A DNA stretch of 64,000 nucleotides from an uncultured delta proteobacterium (GTDB taxonomy: Bacteria > Myxococcota_A > Polyangia > Polyangiales > Polyangiaceae): NCBI GenBank assembly GCA_963806225.1, contig CAWDXG010000004.1, positions 4,480,001 through 4,544,000 on the forward strand. Direction: 5' to 3'. The stretch's first letter is position 1, and each line of letters begins with the position of its first letter. Shown in pieces: positions 29,348 to 38,729 of the stretch. The position numbers were made by a program, and so were the translations under genes. The notes under the pieces are model-generated. The model saw nothing but the letters and a program-made list of their open reading frames with translations, was not told the origin of the DNA and searched no databases.

Positions 29348-30325
29348 ATGAACCCCGTCTACACCGAAGTCCTCAGTACCCGTCACAACCACCTGGTCGA
29401 CCCCGGGCTGCACATCTGGGGCTGGGAAATCCCGGTCTATCTGTTCCTGGGCGGAGTCGTCGCCGGTGTGATGGTGCTGCTCGCGCTGCTCGAGCTCCGG
29501 CGACGCAGGCGCCCGGTTTCGCCGGCAGCCCAGTGGATGCCCTTCGTGGCCATTGCGCTGCTTTCGCTAGGCATGGGCGCGCTGTTTCTCGATCTCGACT
29601 TCAAGGCGCACGTCTATCGCTTCTACGCCGCGTTCGAGCCGACCTCGCCGATGAGCTGGGGCGCGTGGATCCTGATCGCGGTCTACCCGGTGCTGGTGCT
29701 GCTCGGGCTGGGCGCGCTGGACGACTCGACGCGGCAGTGGCTCGGCAAGTGGCGGCCGCTCAAGCCCGTTTCGCGGCCGCTGGCCTGGGCTTTCCGCCTG
29801 GCCGACGGCACGCGGCGCGGCATGGTGTGGGCTTCGCTCGCGCTCGGCGTCGGGCTCGGCGCGTACACCGGGCTGCTGCTCGGCACGATGGTGGCGCGGC
29901 TCGGCTGGAACAGCGGCGTGATGGGTCCGCTGTTCCTCACCTCGGGCGTCTCGACAGGTGCCGCGCTGATGATGCTCTTCCACCTGGAGAAGGAGGAGGA
30001 GCACCTGATGCTGCGCTGGGACACGGTGGCCATCACGGTCGAGCTCCTGCTGCTCGCCGCGCTGTTGGTGTCGTTCTCCACCGGCGGTGCGACCGGGGAA
30101 ATTGCCGCGCACAACTTGATGGGCGGGCGCTTCACACCCTGGTTCTGGTCACTGGTGGTGGTCGGCGGGCTGATCGTGCCGCTCACGATGAATCTGCTGG
30201 AAGTGCGCGGTCGCGCGCGGGCGAGCGTGGTCGCCCCCATCCTGGTGCTGGTCGGTGGCCTGGCGCTGCGCGCTGTGCTGGTCGCATCCGGGCAGGCCAC
30301 CGCGTTCCACATGCTCGGCGGTTGA
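29348..30325 (+). CDS. psrC: NrfD/PsrC membrane anchor (quinol oxidation)
   Basis: WGWEIPVYLFLGG; SPMSWGAWIL; YTGLLL; GGLALR; about 8 TM segments. Confidence 0.88.
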   Translation: MNPVYTEVLSTRHNHLVDPGLHIWGWEIPVYLFLGGVVAGVMVLLALLELRRRRRPVSPAAQWMPFVAIALLSLGMGALFLDLDFKAHVYRFYAAFEPTSPMSWGAWILIAVYPVLVLLGLGALDDSTRQWLGKWRPLKPVSRPLAWAFRLADGTRRGMVWASLALGVGLGAYTGLLLGTMVARLGWNSGVMGPLFLTSGVSTGAALMMLFHLEKEEEHLMLRWDTVAITVELLLLAALLVSFSTGGATGEIAAHNLMGGRFTPWFWSLVVVGGLIVPLTMNLLEVRGRARASVVAPILVLVGGLALRAVLVASGQATAFHMLGG

Positions 30326-30336
30326 AAGGAAGCGCC

Positions 30337-30903
30337 ATGGAAGACACGGCAAAGCCTCTCGAGGCCACGACACACAGACCGGACGCGGACGACACCTCGC
30401 GCGCGGACTGGAACCCGTACGTCGCTGGTATCGCGCTCGGGCTCGTGCTGCTCGCCTCGTACGTACTGATGGGCTTCGGGCTGGGTGCGTCGTCCGCGGC
30501 GGCGCGGGTCGGCTACGCCGCCGCTCACGCCGTCGCGCCTGCCGCGATCGACCACAACGCGTACATGGCGCCGTACGTGGCCGGCAACCCGTTCGAGGAC
30601 TGGATGGTGTTCGAGGTCATCGGCGTGCTGCTCGGCGGCATCCTGGCGGCCTACTCGGGCGGACGGCTGATGCGCCGGCCCACGCTGCTCAAGGGACCGC
30701 GCGCGAGCGTGGGGTATCGCATCGCGTTCGCCCTGGGCGGCGGCGCGCTGATGGGCTTCGCTGCCCGGCTCGCCCGCGGCTGCACTTCGGGCCAGGCGCT
30801 CACCGGCGGCGCGGTGCTGTCGGTCGGCTCGTGGGTGTTCATGTTCGCCGTGTTCGCCGGCGGCTACATGCTGGCGCCCTTCATCAGGAGGATGTGGCGA
30901 TGA
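30337..30903 (+). CDS. YeeE/YedE sulfur-compound transporter, half 1
   Basis: WNPYVAG; GGALMGFAARLARGCTSG; AAGGAA RBS. Confidence 0.88.
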   Translation: MEDTAKPLEATTHRPDADDTSRADWNPYVAGIALGLVLLASYVLMGFGLGASSAAARVGYAAAHAVAPAAIDHNAYMAPYVAGNPFEDWMVFEVIGVLLGGILAAYSGGRLMRRPTLLKGPRASVGYRIAFALGGGALMGFAARLARGCTSGQALTGGAVLSVGSWVFMFAVFAGGYMLAPFIRRMWR

Positions 30904-32114
30904 CCGCTCCGTTCATGCCCGGAGTTCTGGCGGCGACCGCTCCGTTCTACCAGCTCGACGCCTTCGGCTATCCGGTGGCGATGGCGCTGGCCACGCTGCT
31001 CGGCATCGGCTTCGGCTACACGCTCGAGCGCGCCGGTTTCAGCCGCTCTCCGGTGTTGGCCGCGGAGTTCTACGGCCGCGACATGCGCGTCCTGAAAGTG
31101 ATGTTCACGGCTATCGCGACGACGGCGGTGGGCCTGGCGCTGCTCGGCGGCATCGGCTGGGTCGACCTCGCGGCGCTGAAGATCCCAGAGACCTGGCTGT
31201 GGCCGCAGCTGGTCGGCGGCGTGCTGCTCGGCATGGGTTTCATCATGGCGGGCTATTGCCCGGGCACGTCCTTGGTCGCCGCAGGTTCCGGCTACAGTGA
31301 TGGCCTGCTCACGCTCGTGGGCGTCATCGTGGGGTCGATCGTGTTCGGCTTCGCGTATCCCTCGCTCGCCCATTTCTACGAATCGAGCGCGATGGGCGTG
31401 GCCACGCTGCCGAAGCTCACCGGCTTGCCGTGGGCGGTGCTGGCTGCGCTGATCGTGGTCGTTGCGTTGGGCTCGTTCCTGCTCGCCGAGAAGGTCGAGC
31501 GCGTCTTCGCGAAGAAGGACGCAGCCGAGCCACCTCCCGGCAATGCCCCGACGCGCAACCGCGTGCTCGGCGGACTGGCCGTTGCTGCGGGGCTTTCGCT
31601 GGTCACGCTGCTCCTGCCGGCGAAGAAGCCACCGATCGCGGCAGAGCCGCGCACGACGCCGATCACGGTGACGGAGCTGGCCAGACAGATCGCTGCGGAT
31701 CGCGCGTTGCTGTACGTCGTCGACGCGCGCAGCCCGAAGGAATGCGCGGCTGCGCGCATCCCCGGCGCGATGTGCCTGACGCAGAAGGACCCGGTTGGCG
31801 CGTTCATCGGCAAATTGCCGAGCACGCGATCGCTCGTGATCTACGCGGCAGCCGATCTCCACGGGCTTCCGGCCGGTGCCAGCGGCTACAAGGGCCAGGT
31901 GCGCGTGCTCGCGGGCGGCTACGCGGCGTGGAAGGCCTCTGTGCTGGACAAGCCCGCGCCTCCGCATAGGCCGACGGCCGCTGCGGTCCAGGCCTATCGC
32001 GAGCGCGCCGCGCTGCACGCCCACTTCGCCGGGGCCAACGCGCAGGCCGCGCCGGTCGTGACCGCAGAGCCCACGGCCGTGAAACGCGCGGTGAAGAAGG
32101 GAGGGGGCTGCTAG
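30900..32114 (+). CDS. YeeE/YedE transporter half 2 fused to rhodanese-like domain with C-terminal GGGC
   Basis: GFGYTLERAGF; GYCPGTS; VVDARS...RIPGA...LAGGYAAW rhodanese signature; ends KKGGGC*. Confidence 0.85.
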   Translation: MTAPFMPGVLAATAPFYQLDAFGYPVAMALATLLGIGFGYTLERAGFSRSPVLAAEFYGRDMRVLKVMFTAIATTAVGLALLGGIGWVDLAALKIPETWLWPQLVGGVLLGMGFIMAGYCPGTSLVAAGSGYSDGLLTLVGVIVGSIVFGFAYPSLAHFYESSAMGVATLPKLTGLPWAVLAALIVVVALGSFLLAEKVERVFAKKDAAEPPPGNAPTRNRVLGGLAVAAGLSLVTLLLPAKKPPIAAEPRTTPITVTELARQIAADRALLYVVDARSPKECAAARIPGAMCLTQKDPVGAFIGKLPSTRSLVIYAAADLHGLPAGASGYKGQVRVLAGGYAAWKASVLDKPAPPHRPTAAAVQAYRERAALHAHFAGANAQAAPVVTAEPTAVKRAVKKGGGC

Positions 32115-32142
32115 GCGCCCGTGGTGTCACTACACTCCCCGC

Positions 32143-32961
32143 ATGGCTTCGACCGGTAACCTGGACGGAACGTGCATCGCGCTGACGGGCGCGACTGATG
32201 GCATCGGGCTCGAGACGGCGGAGCTGCTCTCGCGCGAGGGCGCCCGGCTTGTTCTGCACGGACGCCGCGATCAGCGACTTCGCGAAGTGGCGGCCAGCGT
32301 CGGCGCCGTCGGCATGCTGCTGGCAGACTTCTCGTCGCTCGCGGAAGTGCGTAGGCTCGTTGACCGCCTGGAAAAAGAGCGGGTCGACGTGCTGGTGAAC
32401 AACGCGGGCGCGGGTCCGGGGTCGGCTGACGAGCGCGAGCTCAGCCGCGACGGCCACGAGCTCAGGCTCCAGGTGAACTTCCTGGCACCGTTCGCGCTGA
32501 CGGAGTGGCTGATCGCAGCAGGTAGCTGCCCTCCGGTGGTCGTCAACGTCGCGTCCATCGGCCAGGAGCCCGTCGATCTAGAAGACCTGATGCTCGAGCG
32601 CCAATACGGTGGCTGGCTGGCGTACCGGCGCAGCAAGCTGGCGCTCATCGCCTGGTCCTTCGATCTGGCCGAGCGGCATGCGGACCTGTGCGTGAACGCC
32701 CTGCACCCAGGCACGCTGCTCGACACCAAGATGGTGCGCGAGTCGGACATGCCGGTGCGTGGCCGGCCCCAGACCGGCGCGCGTGCAATCCGCCACGTGG
32801 TGCTCGAAGGGCTCGCAGGAAAGAGCGGCGGGTACTACGACGTGCAGGAATTGTCGCGCGCCAAGCCGCAGGCCTACGACCACGACTTCCGGGCTCGGCT
32901 CCGGCGGCGGGCGATCGAGCTCGTGCAGCCGCTGTCGCGAGGGCTCGTCATCCCGGCATGA
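32143..32961 (+). CDS. Short-chain dehydrogenase/reductase
   Basis: TGATDGIG; NNAG; YRRSK; LHPG. Confidence 0.92.
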   Translation: MASTGNLDGTCIALTGATDGIGLETAELLSREGARLVLHGRRDQRLREVAASVGAVGMLLADFSSLAEVRRLVDRLEKERVDVLVNNAGAGPGSADERELSRDGHELRLQVNFLAPFALTEWLIAAGSCPPVVVNVASIGQEPVDLEDLMLERQYGGWLAYRRSKLALIAWSFDLAERHADLCVNALHPGTLLDTKMVRESDMPVRGRPQTGARAIRHVVLEGLAGKSGGYYDVQELSRAKPQAYDHDFRARLRRRAIELVQPLSRGLVIPA

Positions 32962-34163
32962 GCGCTACGCGCGAGATAGGCCAGGCCTACACCTCGGTCG
33001 CCGAGCTCGGCGCGCTCACGCTGGCTCGGCGCGCGGAAATGCTGAGTGTGTTCAGCGGCGACGACCGGGTGCACCTCGATCTGGAAGGACGGTTGCACCG
33101 CGCCTGGCTCGCAGGCGATTCCTTCCAGCGCGGCATCGACGGAAGCGTGCGCCGCGTGCACGTCGAGCGCGGCCCCGGCGCGCCGCGCTGGCTCGACATC
33201 GACGTGCTCGGTCCGGACGAGGCCGAGCCGGTCCTCGAGCAGGTGATAGACGCGGTGCGCGAAGCCGCCGCGCTCGCTGCCGATCGCGATCTGCCGCCCG
33301 CCATCGCCGAGCCGCTCGAGCGTGCCGCGGCGTGGGAGCTCGCACGCTACCGCGACGAGCTGGCGCACTTCCGCCGCGTGTACCGCCCCATCCCGATCCT
33401 GCCGCCGGACCAGAACCGCGCCGTCGTCGTGCAGCTCACCGAGGGCTGTTCGTACAACCGCTGCGCGTTCTGTCACCTGTATCACGACGTGCGCTTCCGT
33501 CTGCGCACACCGGAGGAGCTAGGCGCACATGTGCGCGAGGTCCGCGAGCTGTTCGGTCGCGCGCTTCTGCTTCGGCGCGGCGTGTTCCTGGGACAGGCGA
33601 ACGCCCTAGTGGTCGAGCAGAAAAAGCTGACTGCGCTCATCCGTATTGTGCGGGAAGAGCTGGGCGAGGGACCGCTGGGCGCCTTCATCGACTCGTTCAC
33701 GCGGCCGAAGACGGCGGACGAGCTCGCAGAGCTGGGCGCGCTCGGTCTCGAGAGCGTTGCCCTGGGGCTCGAGAGCGGCAGCGCGGAAGTGCTCACGGGG
33801 CTCGGCAAGCCGATGGAAGTGGACGACGCGGTGAAGCTGGTCGGCAGCGTCGGCCAGGCGGGTATCCGCCGCGGCGTGATCGTGCTGGTTGGAGCGGGAG
33901 GACGGCGCCTCGCGGGCGAGCACGTCGAGCGCACAACGGCGACGATCGAAGCGATGCAGCTCGGTCCGCGCGATCGCGTGTATCTATCCCCGCTGCACGT
34001 GATCCCCGGCTCCGCCTACGAAGCGCGCCTGCGCGACGACGCCCTGGAACCGCTCTCGTCGGCGGAGCTTGCCGAACAAGGGCACGTGCTGCGCGCCCGC
34101 CTACGCAACTGCGGTGTCAGCGCGCCCATCGCCCTGTACGATATCCGCCGCTTCATCTACTGA
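32958..34163 (+). CDS. Radical SAM protein
   Basis: GCSYNRCAFC cluster motif; GLESG; ATGA overlap with the SDR gene. Confidence 0.85.
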   Translation: MSATREIGQAYTSVAELGALTLARRAEMLSVFSGDDRVHLDLEGRLHRAWLAGDSFQRGIDGSVRRVHVERGPGAPRWLDIDVLGPDEAEPVLEQVIDAVREAAALAADRDLPPAIAEPLERAAAWELARYRDELAHFRRVYRPIPILPPDQNRAVVVQLTEGCSYNRCAFCHLYHDVRFRLRTPEELGAHVREVRELFGRALLLRRGVFLGQANALVVEQKKLTALIRIVREELGEGPLGAFIDSFTRPKTADELAELGALGLESVALGLESGSAEVLTGLGKPMEVDDAVKLVGSVGQAGIRRGVIVLVGAGGRRLAGEHVERTTATIEAMQLGPRDRVYLSPLHVIPGSAYEARLRDDALEPLSSAELAEQGHVLRARLRNCGVSAPIALYDIRRFIY

Positions 34164-34214
34164 GCCAGGACTCCCTCCTTCCCAAGCAGGTCGGAGAGGT
34201 GAGAGCATGAGGCC

Positions 34215-35921
34215 ATGCGACGCTTGGCTAGTCTCGGGTTCCTGATGCTGGTTCCGGCCTGCAGCGGCGGCTACCACGGTCAGGCCGCGGGGGCGGGTGA
34301 AGAGATTGGAATGACCGAGCAGGCCGTGCACACGAAGTGTGGGGCGGCCTCGAACGGGCCGGTGCAGGGCGTGGACGTCTCGTACTACCAGGGCAACTTC
34401 AACTGGGCCGGGGCGGGGGTCCAGTTCGGCTATGCGCGCGTGAGCGATGGCACCGGGTTCATGGACCCGCAGTTCTCGAACAACTGGAGCAAGATGAAGG
34501 CGGCCGGCGTGCTGCGCGGCGTCTACCAGTTCTTCGAGCCAGGGCAGGGTGCGGTGGCCCAGGCGAATATCGTGGTGAACGCCGTCGGGAAGCTCGGCAC
34601 GGGCGACCTGCCGGCGATGATCGACGTGGAAACGACGGGTGGACAGAGCGCTGCGACCATCACGTCGAAGATGCAGCAGTGGCTGGATGCTGTCGAACAG
34701 GGAACCGGCAAGCGCCCCATCATCTACACGGGTCCGTACTTCTGGCAGAGCAACGTGAACAGCAGCGCGTTCGCCAACTATCCGCTCTGGATCGCGCACT
34801 ACGGCGTCAGCTGCCCGCTGATCCCGGACAACTGGTCGAACTGGACGGCGTGGCAGTACAGCGACGGCGGCGGAACGCTCGACCACGACGTGTTCAACGG
34901 CACGCTGGCCCAGCTCCGGAATCTCGGTGTGACCAACCAGCCGCCGCGCGGCTACCTCGACTCGGCGGACTGCAACGCGATCGCCGGCTGGGCGCAGGAT
35001 CAAGACGAGCCGACCAAATCGATCGCGGTGCACGTGTATCTGAACGGGGCCGCCGGCGATCCGAACGCCCTCGGCATTCCGCTCACCGCCGATGTCAATC
35101 GCGCGGATCTGTGCAGCGCGATCGGCTCGTGCAACCATGGTTTCTCGCTCTCGACGCCGCGCGGGCTGCTCGACAACCAGCCGCACGCCGTCCACGCCTA
35201 CGGCATCGATTCGGCCGGCGGCGCCAATGCGGAGCTGTCGAAGAGCCCGCTCACCTTCACCTGTCCGCCGCCCGCGGCGCCGCTCGACCCCGCGCACGGC
35301 GTGAAGCGCTGGGTCACCGGGCCGAGCGTGTTCAGCGCCTGGAAGTTCTCGTACACGTACAACGTCGCGCACTATCCGGACAGCGTGGTGAACGCGTACC
35401 CGGACGGGCCGGACTTTCCCGCGGCGCCCCAGGTCGTGCAGGCCGACGACGGGACGCCGGAGGTGTGGGTGATCGACGGCAACGTGCGGCGGCACGTGAT
35501 CAATCCGGCGTCGCTGGCGGCCTGGCGCTTCGGCGCACCGACGAAGATGCCCGCCGCGCAGGTGTATGCCCATCCGCAATCGACGGACTTCCGTCCGGAG
35601 CCTTTCCTGGTGATGGGCAGCGGGCCGAAGGTGTACGTGCTGGATGATTCGCTGTCGTCCGGTGGTGCGGCGGGAGCGGGCGGCGCGGCGGGGGCGAGCA
35701 GCTCGGGCGGCGCGGGCGGCCAGATTGGAACGGGCGGCGTCGCTGCCGGCGGTACGGGCGGAGCATCCGTCGACGGCGGGACCTCCGAACGGTCGCACAC
35801 GACGGGCGACAGCGGCGGTTGCGGATGCCGGCAGAGCGGCGCGCCGGCGCGGAGGGCTCCGCTGTGGCTGGGCGCGGCGGTGCTGGGCTTCGCATTTTCG
35901 CGGCGGCGACGCTCGGCCTAG
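34215..35921 (+). CDS. GH25 lysozyme/muramidase with lipobox and MYXO-CTERM
   Basis: GVDVSYYQG, IDVE, PIIYTG, LWIAHYG, WQYS; N-terminal LVPAC; C-terminal GCGC...RRRR. Confidence 0.9.
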   Translation: MRRLASLGFLMLVPACSGGYHGQAAGAGEEIGMTEQAVHTKCGAASNGPVQGVDVSYYQGNFNWAGAGVQFGYARVSDGTGFMDPQFSNNWSKMKAAGVLRGVYQFFEPGQGAVAQANIVVNAVGKLGTGDLPAMIDVETTGGQSAATITSKMQQWLDAVEQGTGKRPIIYTGPYFWQSNVNSSAFANYPLWIAHYGVSCPLIPDNWSNWTAWQYSDGGGTLDHDVFNGTLAQLRNLGVTNQPPRGYLDSADCNAIAGWAQDQDEPTKSIAVHVYLNGAAGDPNALGIPLTADVNRADLCSAIGSCNHGFSLSTPRGLLDNQPHAVHAYGIDSAGGANAELSKSPLTFTCPPPAAPLDPAHGVKRWVTGPSVFSAWKFSYTYNVAHYPDSVVNAYPDGPDFPAAPQVVQADDGTPEVWVIDGNVRRHVINPASLAAWRFGAPTKMPAAQVYAHPQSTDFRPEPFLVMGSGPKVYVLDDSLSSGGAAGAGGAAGASSSGGAGGQIGTGGVAAGGTGGASVDGGTSERSHTTGDSGGCGCRQSGAPARRAPLWLGAAVLGFAFSRRRRSA

Positions 35922-36961
35922 GCAGGGCGGGCCACCGAGAAACCCACGCGAGCGCCGCCGCCGTCGCGGTTTTCCGCCCAGGCGCGCCCGCCGTGCGCTT
36001 CGGCGATGCGCCGCACTAGCGACAGCCCGAGCCCCAGTGACGATGCGCCGCCCCGCTCGCCGCGCACGAACGACTCGAACACGCGCGGCAGGTCCGCGTC
36101 GCTGAAACCGGGTCCCGCGTCCTCCACCTCGAAGGCGAGCTCCGCCTGTTCGTTCCGGACGCGGAGCGCGCGGGCTCCGCCCGCGTGCTTGCGCGCGTTG
36201 TCGAGCAGATTGCCGAGAGCGCGCGCGAGCAGCGTCGGATCGGCTTCGACGGGTAGCGGCCGGGCCGGCGCGTCGAGCAGCCTGTCGTCGATCCCTGCGC
36301 GCTCCAGGGCGCGCCGCGCCACGTCGCGGGCGTCGAGCGAGCGCGTCTCGATCGCCGAGAAGTCCAGACGGGCACTGGCCAGAAGCTCGCCCACCAGCGA
36401 GTCCACCACGAGCAGCTCCTGCTCCATTTCGCGGAGCATGCGCGCGTCGACGCCGCGCTCGTTGCCGAGCTCCAGCAGCACACGAAGCCGGGTTAGCGGC
36501 GAGCGGATCTCGTGCGACACGCCCGCAAGCAGCTCGCGCTGATCGGCCATCTGCTGCTCGATGCGGTCGGCCATGTCGTTGATGGCGTCGGCCAGTACCC
36601 CGACCTCGCCGTGCCGGTGTCGGCCCAGTTGCACGCGGCTGTCCAGCTTGCCGGAGCCGATGTCCTGTGCGACTCCCACGACCTGCCTCAAGGGCCACAC
36701 CAGCCGCCGCGCGATGACGCCTGAAACGGCCCACAGCGCGATCCCGGCCAGAACGACGAACAGCCAGCGCGGGTGATGTTCGGCGTGCGACAGCGTCAGC
36801 AGGGCGGCGACGCTGAGGCCCGCCAGCAGGATCGCCACGCCGAACCACACGAAGATCATCCGCTGCAGATGACCGCGCATGCGCCAGTACGCGCGGCGTG
36901 TGCGCCAGTCGCCGCGGTGCGGTCCGCAGCGGTCGTCGTGGCCGTCCGCCGCGTGCTTCAT
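35918..36961 (-). CDS. HAMP sensor histidine kinase with very short His-rich loop
   Basis: Two TM segments joined by SHAEHHPR; VSHEIRSPL; NLLDNA; DAGPG; GLGLSL. Confidence 0.92.
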   Translation of the reverse strand: MKHAADGHDDRCGPHRGDWRTRRAYWRMRGHLQRMIFVWFGVAILLAGLSVAALLTLSHAEHHPRWLFVVLAGIALWAVSGVIARRLVWPLRQVVGVAQDIGSGKLDSRVQLGRHRHGEVGVLADAINDMADRIEQQMADQRELLAGVSHEIRSPLTRLRVLLELGNERGVDARMLREMEQELLVVDSLVGELLASARLDFSAIETRSLDARDVARRALERAGIDDRLLDAPARPLPVEADPTLLARALGNLLDNARKHAGGARALRVRNEQAELAFEVEDAGPGFSDADLPRVFESFVRGERGGASSLGLGLSLVRRIAEAHGGRAWAENRDGGGARVGFSVARPA

Positions 36962-37647
36962 GTCGCGGGCTCCCGCGAAAAGACATAGCCGACGCCGCGC
37001 ACCGTTCGGATTCGGGACGGCGCGCGCGAGTCGTCGCCGAGCTTCTTCCTCAGCCGCGAGATGTGCACGTCGACAGTGCGATCGTTCACCGTGACGTCGC
37101 TGCGGCCCGCCTCGGCGAGCAGCGCGCTGCGCGGAATGACCCGGCCAGCGCGGCGCACCAGTGCGAGCAGAATGTCGAACTCGAGGCCCGTGAGCTCCAC
37201 GGGCGCTCCGTCGATCTCGGCGGTGCGCGAGGCGACATCGAGAGTGACCCCGCCGGCGCCGACCCGTTCGCTGCCCGGGTCGGGGTGCGCGCGGCGCAGC
37301 ACGGCGCGCAGCCGCGCCAGGAGCTCGCGCGGGCTGAAGGGCTTGGCCACGTAGTCGTCGGCGCCGAGCTCCAGGCCGACGACGCGATCCGCCTCGTCGC
37401 CGCGCGCGGTGAGCATGATGACCGGCAGCGCGCTCCTATCGCGGATACGCCGGAGCACGTCGAGGCCGTCGAGCCCCGGCATCATCACGTCGAGCAGCAC
37501 CGCGTCGAACGGGCTCTCGCCGAGCAGCCTCAGGCCGTCCTGCCCGCTCGGCGCGTGGGTCAGCTCGACGCCGCTGCTCGCGAGGTAGTCCGCCAGAAGC
37601 TCGAACAGCTTCCGGTCGTCGTCGATGGCCAGCACCTTGAGCAACAT
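36958..37647 (-). CDS. OmpR/CpxR-family response regulator
   Basis: LLDVMMP; GADDYVAKPF; RTVDVHISRLRKKL; IRTVRGVGY. Confidence 0.95.
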   Translation of the reverse strand: MLLKVLAIDDDRKLFELLADYLASSGVELTHAPSGQDGLRLLGESPFDAVLLDVMMPGLDGLDVLRRIRDRSALPVIMLTARGDEADRVVGLELGADDYVAKPFSPRELLARLRAVLRRAHPDPGSERVGAGGVTLDVASRTAEIDGAPVELTGLEFDILLALVRRAGRVIPRSALLAEAGRSDVTVNDRTVDVHISRLRKKLGDDSRAPSRIRTVRGVGYVFSREPAT

Positions 37648-37709
37648 GGGGCACATGGAACATGGGGCGCCGCTCCCCCGGCGGCAATCGTCGCCGGGGG
37701 AGCGGCCGC

Positions 37710-37862
37710 TCAGTGCTTCTTTGCCGGCGGTGCTGACTTGTCGGCGCAGGCGTGCCAGCGGGCGTGGTGTGCGTGCGCGTGCCAGCAGAGGTGGGCGAAG
37801 CCCGAGCCGAAGCCGACCAGCGTGCCCACCGACAGGAGCGCGATCAGCAGCCTGCGTCTCAT
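37710..37862 (-). CDS. Small His-rich membrane/secreted protein (50 aa, absent from the ORF track)
   Basis: MRRRLLIALLSVGTLVGFGSGFAHLCWHAHAHHARWHACADKSAPPAKKH*; ATGA overlap with the upstream gene; GC3-rich codons. Confidence 0.75.
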   Translation of the reverse strand: MRRRLLIALLSVGTLVGFGSGFAHLCWHAHAHHARWHACADKSAPPAKKH

Positions 37863-38434
37863 GACTCGTCTCCTGGCTCTTCGGGCGTGCGGTAGGGACC
37901 GCCCCAGCGGCGGCGGCGCGATTCGATGAACTGGGCGACCTCGGCGCGCTGGCGCTCGTCGAGCGCGTCGTGGATCTCCTTCAGAGCCTCGGTGGCCGTG
38001 CTGCGGAAGGCCGCGAGCGCGGCGTCGTGCTCGGCGAACAGGGCGTCGAGCGCCGTGTCGTCGAGCGTGTCCGCACGCACGGACTCAGCCAGGCCGCCGA
38101 GTGAATCGTAAAGCTCGCTCCGGAATGCGCGCAAAGCCTCCGCGACGCGATCCACCGCGCGCCCGATGACCTTCTCCTGCCCCGGGGTGGTGTCGAGCTC
38201 CTCGAACAACCGGCGCAGGAAGAAGCGCCGCCGCGCGCGGAACCCGCCGCGTGCCCACGGAGGCGGTCCGTGATGGTGGCCTTGGTGGCGTCCCCACGAG
38301 CGTCCTCCACCGCAGGCTTCCCTGTGGCCGCCGCATCCGTGGCCGGCGTAGGCGTAGCCTCCGCAGCGGTGATGACCGCGGAGCATGTACAGGAGCCCAG
38401 CCAGGCTGGCCCCTCCGAGTAGAAAACCGAACAT
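37859..38434 (-). CDS. Spy/CpxP/periplasmic heavy-metal-sensor-like protein
   Basis: AAAGGAGA RBS; hydrophobic N-terminus; His/Cys-rich segment; LDTTPGQE and LDERQR (LTxxQ-like) motifs. Confidence 0.75.
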   Translation of the reverse strand: MFGFLLGGASLAGLLYMLRGHHRCGGYAYAGHGCGGHREACGGGRSWGRHQGHHHGPPPWARGGFRARRRFFLRRLFEELDTTPGQEKVIGRAVDRVAEALRAFRSELYDSLGGLAESVRADTLDDTALDALFAEHDAALAAFRSTATEALKEIHDALDERQRAEVAQFIESRRRRWGGPYRTPEEPGDES

Positions 38435-38474
38435 TTTGCGTTCTCCTTTCATGAAGGAGAAGCTGGGTCCCGGT

Positions 38475-38513
38475 TGTGAAGGGCGTTTCCGGAGATTGTG
38501 AAGAAGTGTGAAG
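38475..38513. promoter_or_regulatory. TGTGAAG direct repeats, candidate OmpR-family box
   Basis: Copies at 38475, 38497 and 38507 (last two 10 bp apart) upstream of the operon encoding the regulator. Confidence 0.55.
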
Positions 38514-38729
38514 CGGCGCTTGTCATCGCCGCGCCTGGGCGAGGCGCCCCGCGCGTGACGGCGCGCAGTGTTCACGACATTGGGGTGGTTTGTGATCCCT
38601 GCTCGCACCCGGGCCGTGAAGAGCGATGCTGCCGCTTCGTAGTGGAGCCGGGGAGCGCGGAGGGCCCACACGTAGACCCGCGGCGACCCCCGCATGGACA
38701 CCGCGTCTCGTTCTTGGGATGCTACGGAG

